DNA of 64,000 nt from a virus. How positions within the stretch are numbered: position 1 is the first letter of the stretch; every line of letters begins with the position of its first letter. Shown here piece after piece: positions 26,447-34,648 of this stretch. Location: the IMG/VR virus record IMGVR_UViG_3300031111_000011, positions 1 through 64,000 of that record; one strand, given 5' to 3'. A model generated the notes under the pieces. That model was not told the origin of the DNA. It searched no databases and saw nothing but the letters and a program-made list of their open reading frames with translations. Both the position numbers and the translations under genes were made by a program.

Positions 26447-27661
26447 ATGGAAAAGGTCATGTTTTCATCAGGCAGAATCCCTGCCTACTCATGGTTACCA
26501 GTGGACAAACTGGAGGAAGGCGCTCTGGAACAGATCCAGGCTTGCACTGCCCACCCCAAGGCTTACCACCACATGGCTGTGATGCCCGACTGTCACCAGG
26601 GATATGGGATGCCCATTGGCGGTGTGGTTGCCCTGGACGGCGCAATCAGCCCCAACATGGTGGGGGTGGACATCGGCTGTGGGATGAGTGTGGTCCGCAC
26701 CAACGCCAAATTCGTTCACACTTATCAAATCAAGGAAATCCTGAACCGACTCAAGACCATGGTTCCTGTCGGTGAGGGGAAGTTTCGATCTGACCCCGTC
26801 TCCTGGCCCAAGTGGGTGGAGTATCTGGACAAGGTCAAGGAGCGTCCTGACTGGATGAAGGGCTCTAACTGGCATCGGTTCAAGTGCAGCATGGGAACTC
26901 TGGGAGGTGGGAACCACTTTCTGGAGCTTCAGCGGGATGAAGAGGGTTACCTCTACATGATGCTCCACTCCGGTTCCCGTGGCCTGGGGTACGCCATTGC
27001 CAAGTACTACAACGAACTGGCCCAGACCTACTGCGTCAACCTAGACATCCCCAACAAAGATCTGGCTTACCTGCCGACCGATCACAAGTGGGGGCAAGCC
27101 TACATCCGGGACATGAACTTCGCCCTGGCTTTTGCCAAGGAAAACCGCAGGGTCATGATGGATGCCTTCAAATTCGCTTTCTTCCACGTTCTTGGATCTC
27201 CTGTCCGGGAGGACATTGATGTTGTCGATGAGATCGACATCCACCACAACTACGCGGCATTGGAGCACCACTTCGGCAAGGATCTGTGGGTTCACCGGAA
27301 AGGCGCGACTTCGGCCCAGTCTGGACAACTGGGGATCATTCCCGGTTCCATGGGAACCCACTCCTACGTCGTCGCTGGTAAGGGGAACCCGGACTCCTTC
27401 AAGTCCTGCTCCCACGGTGCTGGTCGAGTGAAGGGTCGGATGGCCGCTACTCGTGAACTCGACCGGATGGAGCAGGAGAGGAAGATGGACGGCATTGTCT
27501 TTGACGGGTTCAAAACCCTGAAGAAGGGTAAGCTGAAAGGTGCGTATGACCTGGGCGAAGCCCCTGATGCCTACAAAAATATTGATACTGTCATGTGGCA
27601 CCAGGGGGATCTGGTGGACGTGGTAGTAAAACTCAAACCGATAGGAGTCTTGAAAGGGTGA
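26447..27661 (+). CDS. rtcB: RtcB-family RNA 3'-phosphate ligase
   Basis: DIGCGM, GGGNHFLELQ, HNYAALE and HRKGAT blocks; about 404 aa. Confidence 0.85.
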   Translation: MEKVMFSSGRIPAYSWLPVDKLEEGALEQIQACTAHPKAYHHMAVMPDCHQGYGMPIGGVVALDGAISPNMVGVDIGCGMSVVRTNAKFVHTYQIKEILNRLKTMVPVGEGKFRSDPVSWPKWVEYLDKVKERPDWMKGSNWHRFKCSMGTLGGGNHFLELQRDEEGYLYMMLHSGSRGLGYAIAKYYNELAQTYCVNLDIPNKDLAYLPTDHKWGQAYIRDMNFALAFAKENRRVMMDAFKFAFFHVLGSPVREDIDVVDEIDIHHNYAALEHHFGKDLWVHRKGATSAQSGQLGIIPGSMGTHSYVVAGKGNPDSFKSCSHGAGRVKGRMAATRELDRMEQERKMDGIVFDGFKTLKKGKLKGAYDLGEAPDAYKNIDTVMWHQGDLVDVVVKLKPIGVLKG

Positions 27662-28053
27662 TCCTTGACCACGAAAAGCTCTACGAGCATTCCGTAGAGT
27701 ATTGGGCGAAGCATAGACCTGACCCTCATCCGAGGGTCTTCTATGTGATGCTCGATGTTGCGAATCTTCTTGTAAAAGCAGGAGTAACAAACTGCCTCTA
27801 CGATAGATACAAACATCGAAGATTGGGGATGCACGTACCATACAAGTATGTGCTCACTCTTTCCGAGCCGGAAATTGAATCTGCGTTTAAGAAGAGGTTC
27901 TGTCATCTCAAGAAGGAGGATTCCGGCACGGAAACCTTCTACGCAACCAAGGAGCTACGGGACTGGATCGAGTGGGTTCAAGGTCTTCAAAATGCCAATC
28001 TTCTTCCGTTTGAAATCAGACACCGTATCTGGGAATCCCTCGAAGTGAAATGA
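27658..28053 (+). CDS. hypothetical protein (131 aa), GTG start
   Basis: GTG overlaps rtcB stop; frame of track ORF 27595..28053. Confidence 0.45.
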   Translation: MILDHEKLYEHSVEYWAKHRPDPHPRVFYVMLDVANLLVKAGVTNCLYDRYKHRRLGMHVPYKYVLTLSEPEIESAFKKRFCHLKKEDSGTETFYATKELRDWIEWVQGLQNANLLPFEIRHRIWESLEVK

Positions 28054-28328
28054 AACCAATCGAAACCTTCCTGCTACGAGGAGATAAACTCGCTCGTAGA
28101 CGGTACGGTTTTGTGTTCGACCCGGAATCTTGTGAGTTGGTCTTGTCCTACTACTACGAGGAGGACCGGCCAACTCCAAGACATCGGTGGACAATCCACA
28201 AACAATGGTCAACGGAACTCAGCGATATTCTCGTTGGGGGCATCACTCTGGAGAAGATCAAAATACCAGAACCAGTAGTGAATGCTGTTCGTCTGAAATT
28301 CGCTAAACAGATAGGAGTGAGAAAATGA
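28050..28328 (+). CDS. hypothetical protein (92 aa)
   Basis: ATGA overlap. Confidence 0.5.
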   Translation: MKPIETFLLRGDKLARRRYGFVFDPESCELVLSYYYEEDRPTPRHRWTIHKQWSTELSDILVGGITLEKIKIPEPVVNAVRLKFAKQIGVRK

Positions 28329-28483
28329 AAGTCAAAATTTATTACGGGTACTTCAGTAGCGTGGAAATGAAGTTTAATGAAGTTTTTGGGGAGCGAAAGG
28401 ACATACGCATCTCTCATGTCCGGCAGACTCCTATTGGAGACACCCGCTACATTATGCTCAGTGTCTTCTATGAGGAGGTCTAA
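28325..28483 (+). CDS. hypothetical protein (52 aa)
   Basis: ATGA overlap; not in ORF track. Confidence 0.4.
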   Translation: MKVKIYYGYFSSVEMKFNEVFGERKDIRISHVRQTPIGDTRYIMLSVFYEEV

Positions 28484-28638
28484 TGAACTTCTGCAAGAAG
28501 TGCAAGCATTACCAGAAGCTTCCCAGGCATGTGAGCAAGTGCCCCAGTGAGAAGGTGGGCTGGTGTCAGCTTCTGGTCCGGTATGTCGCAGCAGAGGATC
28601 GGTTCAACAAATGCTTCGAGAAACGTGAGGAAGCATGA
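28483..28638 (+). CDS. Cys-rich zinc-ribbon protein (51 aa)
   Basis: ATG overlaps TAA; CKKC..CP..C. Confidence 0.4.
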   Translation: MNFCKKCKHYQKLPRHVSKCPSEKVGWCQLLVRYVAAEDRFNKCFEKREEA

Positions 28639-28937
28639 AGCTGATCTGCTGTCCCTCTTGTTGGGACGTGTTCAAACTCGCCAAGGAAGAGCGCACCTGC
28701 TCATGCGGACGGTGCTCAGGCAGGTACCTCAACAACACCTACGCCGAGACAAATGGTGAGGGAATCAACCTCGCCATTGGCAACGGGTCACTCCTGCAAG
28801 CGGCTTACAACCTCGACCACTTTGCGAAGGACGCAGAGCGTCACGAGTTCATCGACCACAACCCCGTGATCTGTTGGGTCCGTCCTCCAGAAGGACCGGG
28901 AAACCCACACACCACTGTACGAAAGGAGGAATCATGA
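28635..28937 (+). CDS. Cys-rich protein (100 aa)
   Basis: ATGA overlap; CCPSC..CSCGRC. Confidence 0.5.
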   Translation: MKLICCPSCWDVFKLAKEERTCSCGRCSGRYLNNTYAETNGEGINLAIGNGSLLQAAYNLDHFAKDAERHEFIDHNPVICWVRPPEGPGNPHTTVRKEES

Positions 28938-30322
28938 ACCCCATTCTGAATACTGACTCTTACAAAGCGAGTCATTACAGGCAGTACCCTGAAGATGTGG
29001 CCTGGGTGAGTTCCTATATCGAAGCACGGGGTGGAAAATACCCTGAGACGGTTTTCTTCGGGCTGCAAGCCTTCCTGAAGGAGTACCTAAGCAAACCCTT
29101 CACCCAGGCTCATATCAATGAGGCAGAGGACTTCTGGGAGGCTCACGGCCTCCCGTTCAATCGGGGAGGGTGGGAATACATCCTCGCCAGATACCGGGGC
29201 TATATGCCTATTTTGATCCAGGCGGTGGATGAGGGCTCGGTGGTTCCCACTGGCAATGTTCTTGTTCAGATTATTAACACTGACCCTGAAGTTCCCTGGA
29301 TCACCAGCTACGTGGAAACCGCTCTGCTCCGGGCAATCTGGTACCCCACCACGGTGGCTACCCTTTCCCACTTCTGCAAGCGAGATCTCTACAACTACTG
29401 GAAGGAGTCGAGTGACGCTCCTATTGAGTCCCTGGACTTCAAACTTCACGACTTCGGTGCTCGTGGGGTGAGTTCCCTGGAATCTGCTGGACTGGGTGGG
29501 ATGGCCCACCTCGTCAACTTCAAAGGCACCGATACGGTGGAAGGGGTTCTCGCTGCAAGACGGTACTACAACGAGCCCATGGCAGGATACTCAATCCCTG
29601 CTGCCGAGCACTCCACCATCTGCTCCTGGGGCGGTCCAGGACGAGAAATGGATGCCTTCCGAAACATGATCAGCCAGTTCGGTGGAGACTATCCACTGAT
29701 CGCTGTGGTCAGCGATTCGTACAATATCTGGGACGCAGTGGATAACAAATGGCCTTACCTGGATACCGAGATCAGTGCCAGTGGGTCCACCATCGTGGTC
29801 CGTCCGGACAGTGGAGATCCCCACATCGTACCTGTCGAGGTGATCAGCCGTCTCATGCAGAAGTTCGGATTCACGGTCAATAGCAAGGGCTACCACGTCC
29901 TTCCGGATCGAATTCGAGTTATCCAAGGCGACGGGATTACCGGCGATAGCCTGAATCGCATCCTGTTCAACCTCCGGATGAAGCGTCTCAGCATCGACAA
30001 TATTGCCTTTGGTATGGGTGGTGGGCTGCTCCAGCAGATCAACCGGGATACCTGCAAGTTCGCCATGAAGTGCAGTGCGGTTGCTGGCAAGAGCAACCAA
30101 TGGCAACCGGTGTTCAAGCAACCTGTGGATCAGCCTGACAAGGTGAGCAAAAAGGGTCGGCTGAACCTGATCCGGAACTCGGATGGTGAGTTCGAGACGG
30201 TCCCGGAGAAGTGGGAAGAGTCGCGGGGGGTTATGCCCATCCGGAGCATTAACGGGCTCCGCTACCACACCACAACTTTCGAGGAAATCCGGGGACGGGT
30301 CCAGGAGCACCTCATTGCTTAG
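28934..30322 (+). CDS. nadV: nicotinamide phosphoribosyltransferase (NadV/NAMPT)
   Basis: N-terminus MNPILNTDSYKASHYRQYP matches NAMPT over about 460 aa; GGAGGAATC RBS. Confidence 0.85.
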   Translation: MNPILNTDSYKASHYRQYPEDVAWVSSYIEARGGKYPETVFFGLQAFLKEYLSKPFTQAHINEAEDFWEAHGLPFNRGGWEYILARYRGYMPILIQAVDEGSVVPTGNVLVQIINTDPEVPWITSYVETALLRAIWYPTTVATLSHFCKRDLYNYWKESSDAPIESLDFKLHDFGARGVSSLESAGLGGMAHLVNFKGTDTVEGVLAARRYYNEPMAGYSIPAAEHSTICSWGGPGREMDAFRNMISQFGGDYPLIAVVSDSYNIWDAVDNKWPYLDTEISASGSTIVVRPDSGDPHIVPVEVISRLMQKFGFTVNSKGYHVLPDRIRVIQGDGITGDSLNRILFNLRMKRLSIDNIAFGMGGGLLQQINRDTCKFAMKCSAVAGKSNQWQPVFKQPVDQPDKVSKKGRLNLIRNSDGEFETVPEKWEESRGVMPIRSINGLRYHTTTFEEIRGRVQEHLIA

Positions 30323-30821
30323 AGTCGGAGTCTTTGTTGGCAGATGCCAACCTTTCCACAAGGGGCATGAGCAGATCATCCGTCAGATGCTCCATGAACG
30401 TGGAACAGAGCGGTGTGTCATTCTCTTGGGGAGCATCAATGCTCCCCTTTCCGCTAAGAACCCTTTCCCCTACCCCACTCGTTATCAGTGGGTGAAGAAC
30501 ACCTTCCAGTATGTCCATGTCTTGGGCATTCCGGACTTCCCCGACAATGATGACTACTGGCTCTTCCATATCATGCAAGTTCTCAAGCTCCCTTACGTGG
30601 AGAGTGTTGACCCTTATTTCTACGTAGGCAGTGAGAGAGACGGTCGGGTCTACCACGAGCGTGGATTCACAACCATGATCGTTCCGCGCAGTAAGCAGTA
30701 CAGTGGGACTGAGATCCGAAGACGGCTTGCAGCCGGTGAGGACTTCAGTGAATTGGTGAGCGACCCTGAGTACGCTCAGTCAGTGAAGAGTGTGTGGGAC
30801 ACTGTGAAACATGCAATTTGA
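30315..30821 (+). CDS. nicotinamide-nucleotide adenylyltransferase (NMNAT/NadM-like)
   Basis: VGVFVGRCQPFHKGH (GxFxPxHxGH nucleotidyltransferase motif); TTG start overlapping the nadV stop. Confidence 0.7.
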   Translation: MLRVGVFVGRCQPFHKGHEQIIRQMLHERGTERCVILLGSINAPLSAKNPFPYPTRYQWVKNTFQYVHVLGIPDFPDNDDYWLFHIMQVLKLPYVESVDPYFYVGSERDGRVYHERGFTTMIVPRSKQYSGTEIRRRLAAGEDFSELVSDPEYAQSVKSVWDTVKHAI

Positions 30822-30834
30822 AAGGAGGAAACAA

Positions 30835-31128
30835 ATGGCAAATAAGGTCAAACTCACCCAAGAGGAACTCAACGACATCGTCTTTGAAGACGGCGGTGAA
30901 TTCTTCGAGATCATCGAAAAAAGCGAGTGGGAGGATAACGGTAAATGGCAACACCAGGACATCATCTTCAAGTGGAAAGCTGATGGCAAGATCTACTCCC
31001 TCGCCCATGGACGTTCAGGCTCCTACTACACGGATTGGTACTGGGAGGTCCAGGAGGGTGATCACGACGGAATGGTTACCGAGGTCCGTCAGGTCGAGAA
31101 GGTTGTCAAGACCTGGGAGGCAGTGTGA
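30835..31128 (+). CDS. hypothetical acidic protein (97 aa)
   Basis: AAAGGAGGAAACAA then ATG. Confidence 0.55.
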   Translation: MANKVKLTQEELNDIVFEDGGEFFEIIEKSEWEDNGKWQHQDIIFKWKADGKIYSLAHGRSGSYYTDWYWEVQEGDHDGMVTEVRQVEKVVKTWEAV

Positions 31129-31343
31129 CGCACTTCTTCACCAAGGAGTCGATCCCAAGAGGACCGTGGGTGACGTACCGCAAGAAACACCTCACTCAGG
31201 CAATGAGGATCGACGGGCCTTTCGGAGTGGAAACCAGGGAGGGCCGAGTGCATTGCCCTGATGGTTATCTGGCAGTGGATGCCCACGGTTATCCTTATCC
31301 AATCGCAACGGATGAGTTCGAAATGATTTACGAGGAGGTGTGA
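31125..31343 (+). CDS. hypothetical protein (72 aa)
   Basis: GTG overlap start; ORF track. Confidence 0.45.
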   Translation: MTHFFTKESIPRGPWVTYRKKHLTQAMRIDGPFGVETREGRVHCPDGYLAVDAHGYPYPIATDEFEMIYEEV

Positions 31344-31720
31344 TGAAAACAATCCTATACGTGATTCAGCACAAGACCACCAAAGAGTTCCTGTCGGGGA
31401 GTGGAATGTACTCCGAGTTGACTTCAAATTTGGGGGAAGCCCGATACCACCACGCGCCAGGGTATGCCAAACTCCACCTGGGGCATTATCTCCGGGGTTA
31501 CCGCAACAGAAGCCACACCAAGGCTTCCTTCGAGATCGTCCCTGTGACGGTCAGCCTGGGGGAAGAACCCCCTGTCCCTGACGACTACGAGTACCTCCAT
31601 TGGTTTAGGGTTGAGGCTGATTTCGGTCCTGCTGACGGTGATGTGAAAGCCATCATGGACGAGCAGTACGAAGCGGAGACAGGGAATCCGGTTCCTGAAA
31701 ACTGGAGACGGGAGGAATAA
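31340..31720 (+). CDS. hypothetical protein (126 aa)
   Basis: ATGA overlap; ORF track. Confidence 0.55.
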   Translation: MMKTILYVIQHKTTKEFLSGSGMYSELTSNLGEARYHHAPGYAKLHLGHYLRGYRNRSHTKASFEIVPVTVSLGEEPPVPDDYEYLHWFRVEADFGPADGDVKAIMDEQYEAETGNPVPENWRREE

Positions 31721-31941
31721 TGTCAAAGATCAATTTACTGACCATGGTCTATGGCAATAAGAGGCTTGAGGTCAAAGCCTCGGACTGTTGGACCAAGAAT
31801 GACAGGCCCATCCTTTTCTGGTGCAAGCGGGTTCGTCAGGAGGGCTATGAGGACATCTGTTTGATTTCCTTTGTGTTCCTCATCTTTGCCATTTGGTTTG
31901 GGTGGAAAACCCCAGATGGCTCACCAGTGAGGATTCCGTGA
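31720..31941 (+). CDS. hypothetical protein (73 aa), one TM
   Basis: ATG overlaps TAA. Confidence 0.5.
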   Translation: MSKINLLTMVYGNKRLEVKASDCWTKNDRPILFWCKRVRQEGYEDICLISFVFLIFAIWFGWKTPDGSPVRIP

Positions 31942-32087
31942 TGCCCAAATACGTCTACGAACCACACACTCCCGTGAAGTTCAAGTGGTGCAAGTGGATG
32001 GTCTGTAAGCATTGTGGCCTTGTCTACTTGCGAAATAAATCGACCAAGAAAGCCGTCCAACTGGGATGCAACTGGAGGGACCGATGA
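31941..32087 (+). CDS. zinc-ribbon protein (48 aa)
   Basis: gtgATG overlap; CKWMVCKHCG. Confidence 0.4.
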   Translation: MPKYVYEPHTPVKFKWCKWMVCKHCGLVYLRNKSTKKAVQLGCNWRDR

Positions 32088-32251
32088 GCGAGAGTGAGTT
32101 GGACATTCTGATGAAAAGGTTAGAGCCCTTTGCAAAAGGACTCTTTTCGGGACAGGTCTGTGAGTGGCCCCAACTTAAGCCTCTTTTGGCAGATCTGTAC
32201 GGATATCTGGAAAGAGAAAAACGCAGGAAGGAGTTTGATGGAACGACGTGA
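32084..32251 (+). CDS. hypothetical protein (55 aa)
   Basis: ATGA overlap. Confidence 0.4.
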   Translation: MSESELDILMKRLEPFAKGLFSGQVCEWPQLKPLLADLYGYLEREKRRKEFDGTT

Positions 32252-33398
32252 AACTTTCCCCACCATATACACCTTATCCAGGGTGGGGAAGCCACAGAGG
32301 TGGCGTGTAGAAGTCAACGAGACTCCCGTCAACGAGTATGCCTTACTGGTAGTTCAGTACGGGCAAGTTGACGGCAAACTCACCCAGAGCGTCAAGAAGA
32401 TCAAAGGCAAGAACATTGGCAAAGCCAATGAGACAACCCCTTACGAACAAGCCCTGAAGGAAGCCAAGGCGAAGCACCTCAAGCAACTCACTCAGGGTGG
32501 ATACTTCGATCACATTCCCACCAAGCAGGAGATGGATGACCTCCTCCTGCCGATGCTGGCTCAACCCTTCGAGAAGCGTAAGAAACATATTGAGTACCCT
32601 GCCATCGTTCAGCCCAAGCTGAACGGAGTGAGGTGTATGGTTCGACGGGTCAGTGAGTCGAGGGTGATCTTCAGATCCCGCCTGGGGAAAAGCTATGACA
32701 AGGTAACGAAACATCTGGTCCCTCACCTTCTCCAGTTGCTTTCTGTTGGGGAAACCTGGGACGGGGAACTCTACGTCCACGGGTGGACCTTCCAGCGCAT
32801 CGTCCGTGCTGTCAAGAAGTTCAGAGAGGACGACACTCCAAAGCTTGAGTTCTGGGTCTACGACAAGGTTAGTGACGAAGATTACGCCGACAGATACAAC
32901 TACCTTTGGAAAAAGATCCTTGAGCACGGAGTACCCGATCTCAGTCCTGTCAAGTGGACTAACAGCCAGATTGTGATCAGGGAAGCTGAGATAAGACAGT
33001 ACCACGACTTCTACGTGCAGCACGGCTTTGAGGGGATCATCATCCGGAACCGGAAGGGTGGTTATCAGACCGTTTACCGGTCCAACAACCTCCAGAAGTA
33101 CAAGGAGTTCATCGACCATGAGTTCATCATTATCGATGGGCGGTCCTCCGAGGGGAACCAGGAAGGGTGTGTGGTATTCACTGTAGAGGGTGTTGCCATT
33201 GACGCCAAAAAGAAAGAGCACCCGGCTGGTGTGGTTCGGTTTGAGGTTGTGCCTCGTGGCACCTTCGAGCAGAGACGCAAATACCTCACCGATATCGATG
33301 ACCTGATTGGCGAGGAGATTACAGTACGTTACCAGGAACTCTCTGAAGATGGTGTGCCTATCTTTCCGGTGGGTGTAGCCATCAGGGACTATGAGTGA
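32238..33398 (+). CDS. ATP-dependent DNA ligase
   Basis: Motif I KLNGVR (adenylated Lys), motif IV EGIIIRN; AGGAAGGAG RBS then ATG 32238. Confidence 0.8.
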   Translation: MERRETFPTIYTLSRVGKPQRWRVEVNETPVNEYALLVVQYGQVDGKLTQSVKKIKGKNIGKANETTPYEQALKEAKAKHLKQLTQGGYFDHIPTKQEMDDLLLPMLAQPFEKRKKHIEYPAIVQPKLNGVRCMVRRVSESRVIFRSRLGKSYDKVTKHLVPHLLQLLSVGETWDGELYVHGWTFQRIVRAVKKFREDDTPKLEFWVYDKVSDEDYADRYNYLWKKILEHGVPDLSPVKWTNSQIVIREAEIRQYHDFYVQHGFEGIIIRNRKGGYQTVYRSNNLQKYKEFIDHEFIIIDGRSSEGNQEGCVVFTVEGVAIDAKKKEHPAGVVRFEVVPRGTFEQRRKYLTDIDDLIGEEITVRYQELSEDGVPIFPVGVAIRDYE

Positions 33399-33604
33399 TG
33401 CAATGGATTCATAGGAGTTCTGTGCTGCGGAAGGCAGAATGGCACCGTTGGTTTGCTTGGCACCCCGTGGCTGTGAAAACATATCCGGATGGTTCCGAGA
33501 AGATGATCTGGTGGGAACCTGTTCTCCGTCGAGGAGAGCTTCAACTTGTATTGGATGGTGTCGAGTGGGTCTACGAATATAAGGAGATCGAAGGGGATGA
33601 CTGA
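33395..33604 (+). CDS. hypothetical Trp-rich protein (69 aa)
   Basis: ATGA overlap. Confidence 0.5.
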   Translation: MMQWIHRSSVLRKAEWHRWFAWHPVAVKTYPDGSEKMIWWEPVLRRGELQLVLDGVEWVYEYKEIEGDD

Positions 33605-33764
33605 AGAAAAGAAAAGTATCACCTGCAAGTGCGGTCACTTCAGTGAGTTTCCTGCCTACGTTTACGCTCACTGGTACCACCAGCTTGTTTGGAGATGCCC
33701 GGAATGTGGAACAAGATACGACCTGTTGGCGGGTGTCTACAAGGAGGATGAATATGAAGACTAA
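33597..33764 (+). CDS. zinc-ribbon protein (55 aa)
   Basis: CKCG..CPECG. Confidence 0.45.
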   Translation: MTEEKKSITCKCGHFSEFPAYVYAHWYHQLVWRCPECGTRYDLLAGVYKEDEYED

Positions 33765-34032
33765 TCACATGAATGCCTGTTACAAGTGCAAGTGGAGCAG
33801 ACGGGTTCCAGGCAGCAGCCATCACCAGTGCTGCATCCTGGGGCTACATTATGTTGAACGCACTGAGGGTAGGGGATTCGTTGCTCCCACCAGTATGCAC
33901 CCTGTGGAGAAGGGTTGGTTCCTCTGGCCTTTCAACTTTGATCCGGTGTGGCTTGAGTTCTGTGTAGAGTGGGAACGCCAGCGTGAAATCCTGTTCCGGA
34001 AGTTTGACAATATTCTGAGAAAGGAGGCTTAA
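33754..34032 (+). CDS. Cys/His-rich protein (92 aa)
   Basis: AAGGAGGATGAAT then ATG. Confidence 0.5.
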   Translation: MKTNHMNACYKCKWSRRVPGSSHHQCCILGLHYVERTEGRGFVAPTSMHPVEKGWFLWPFNFDPVWLEFCVEWERQREILFRKFDNILRKEA

Positions 34033-34235
34033 TGCCTGTTCGACATCTCACTGCAACAAAGGATGGTCCAAAGGAAGTGGACCTGACTCCTGTCAAAGCC
34101 ATTCGCCTTCACTGCCTTGAGTGTATGGGGTGGGAGGTGACTGAAGTTCGTAAGTGTACTCGCCCAACTTGCCCTCTATTTCCGTTTAGACTTGGAAAGA
34201 ATCCTGGGCGTAAGGGTGTCGGCCCTCAGTCGTAA
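34032..34235 (+). CDS. Cys-rich protein (67 aa)
   Basis: ATG overlapping TAA; CLECMGW..C..C. Confidence 0.5.
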   Translation: MPVRHLTATKDGPKEVDLTPVKAIRLHCLECMGWEVTEVRKCTRPTCPLFPFRLGKNPGRKGVGPQS

Positions 34236-34250
34236 GTAGGACACTCTACT

Positions 34251-34367
34251 ATGAAGACCCACCGCTATAAGTGTCATAGATGCGGCTACGTGACCTACGT
34301 CACTTACCTGGACGGTGAGGATGGAGTTTGTCCTCATTGCCTCACTCCGATCATTCTACCTATCTAA
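34251..34367 (+). CDS. zinc-ribbon peptide (38 aa)
   Basis: CHRCG..CPHC; weak RBS. Confidence 0.3.
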   Translation: MKTHRYKCHRCGYVTYVTYLDGEDGVCPHCLTPIILPI

Positions 34368-34370
34368 TAG

Positions 34371-34408
34371 AAAAGCCCCCTTCCCTTAACCGGGTTGGGG
34401 GCTTTTTT
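34371..34408. terminator. Bidirectional rho-independent terminator at the convergence point of the two arms
   Basis: AAAAGCCCCC-16 nt-GGGGGCTTTTTT. Confidence 0.7.
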
Positions 34409-34420
34409 GCGTTCCAGGGC

Positions 34421-34648
34421 TTAGTGGATGGGGTCACCAAGGAACACGTAGAAGGGCAAACCACAATGCTTACACCACGCATCCATGCCCCACGAACCAT
34501 CACCAAGTTCCCGGTACTCACCGACTTCAGTGATCATCTCAGAGCACTGGATGCACTCGATCTCGATGGATGCAACGGACATGTCGTCGGACATGTCCAC
34601 AGTCCCAATTTCCTGGCCGACCACATTAAGAGCTTTGTATTTTGTCAT
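34421..34648 (-). CDS. zinc-ribbon small protein downstream of the integrase (excisionase/accessory candidate)
   Basis: CIQC..CKHCG; start overlaps the integrase stop. Confidence 0.4.
   Translation of the reverse strand: MTKYKALNVVGQEIGTVDMSDDMSVASIEIECIQCSEMITEVGEYRELGDGSWGMDAWCKHCGLPFYVFLGDPIH

Noticed and set aside
2446-33680. Long - strand ORFs inside the + arm (2446..3021, 10697..11455, 12226..12801, 19457..20326, 32343..33680)
   Set aside because: Each lies antisense to a recognisable + strand gene (DNA ligase, helicase, nucleotidyltransferase, SPFH) in a region with a uniform + strand operon structure and RBSs. They are almost certainly non-coding shadow ORFs.
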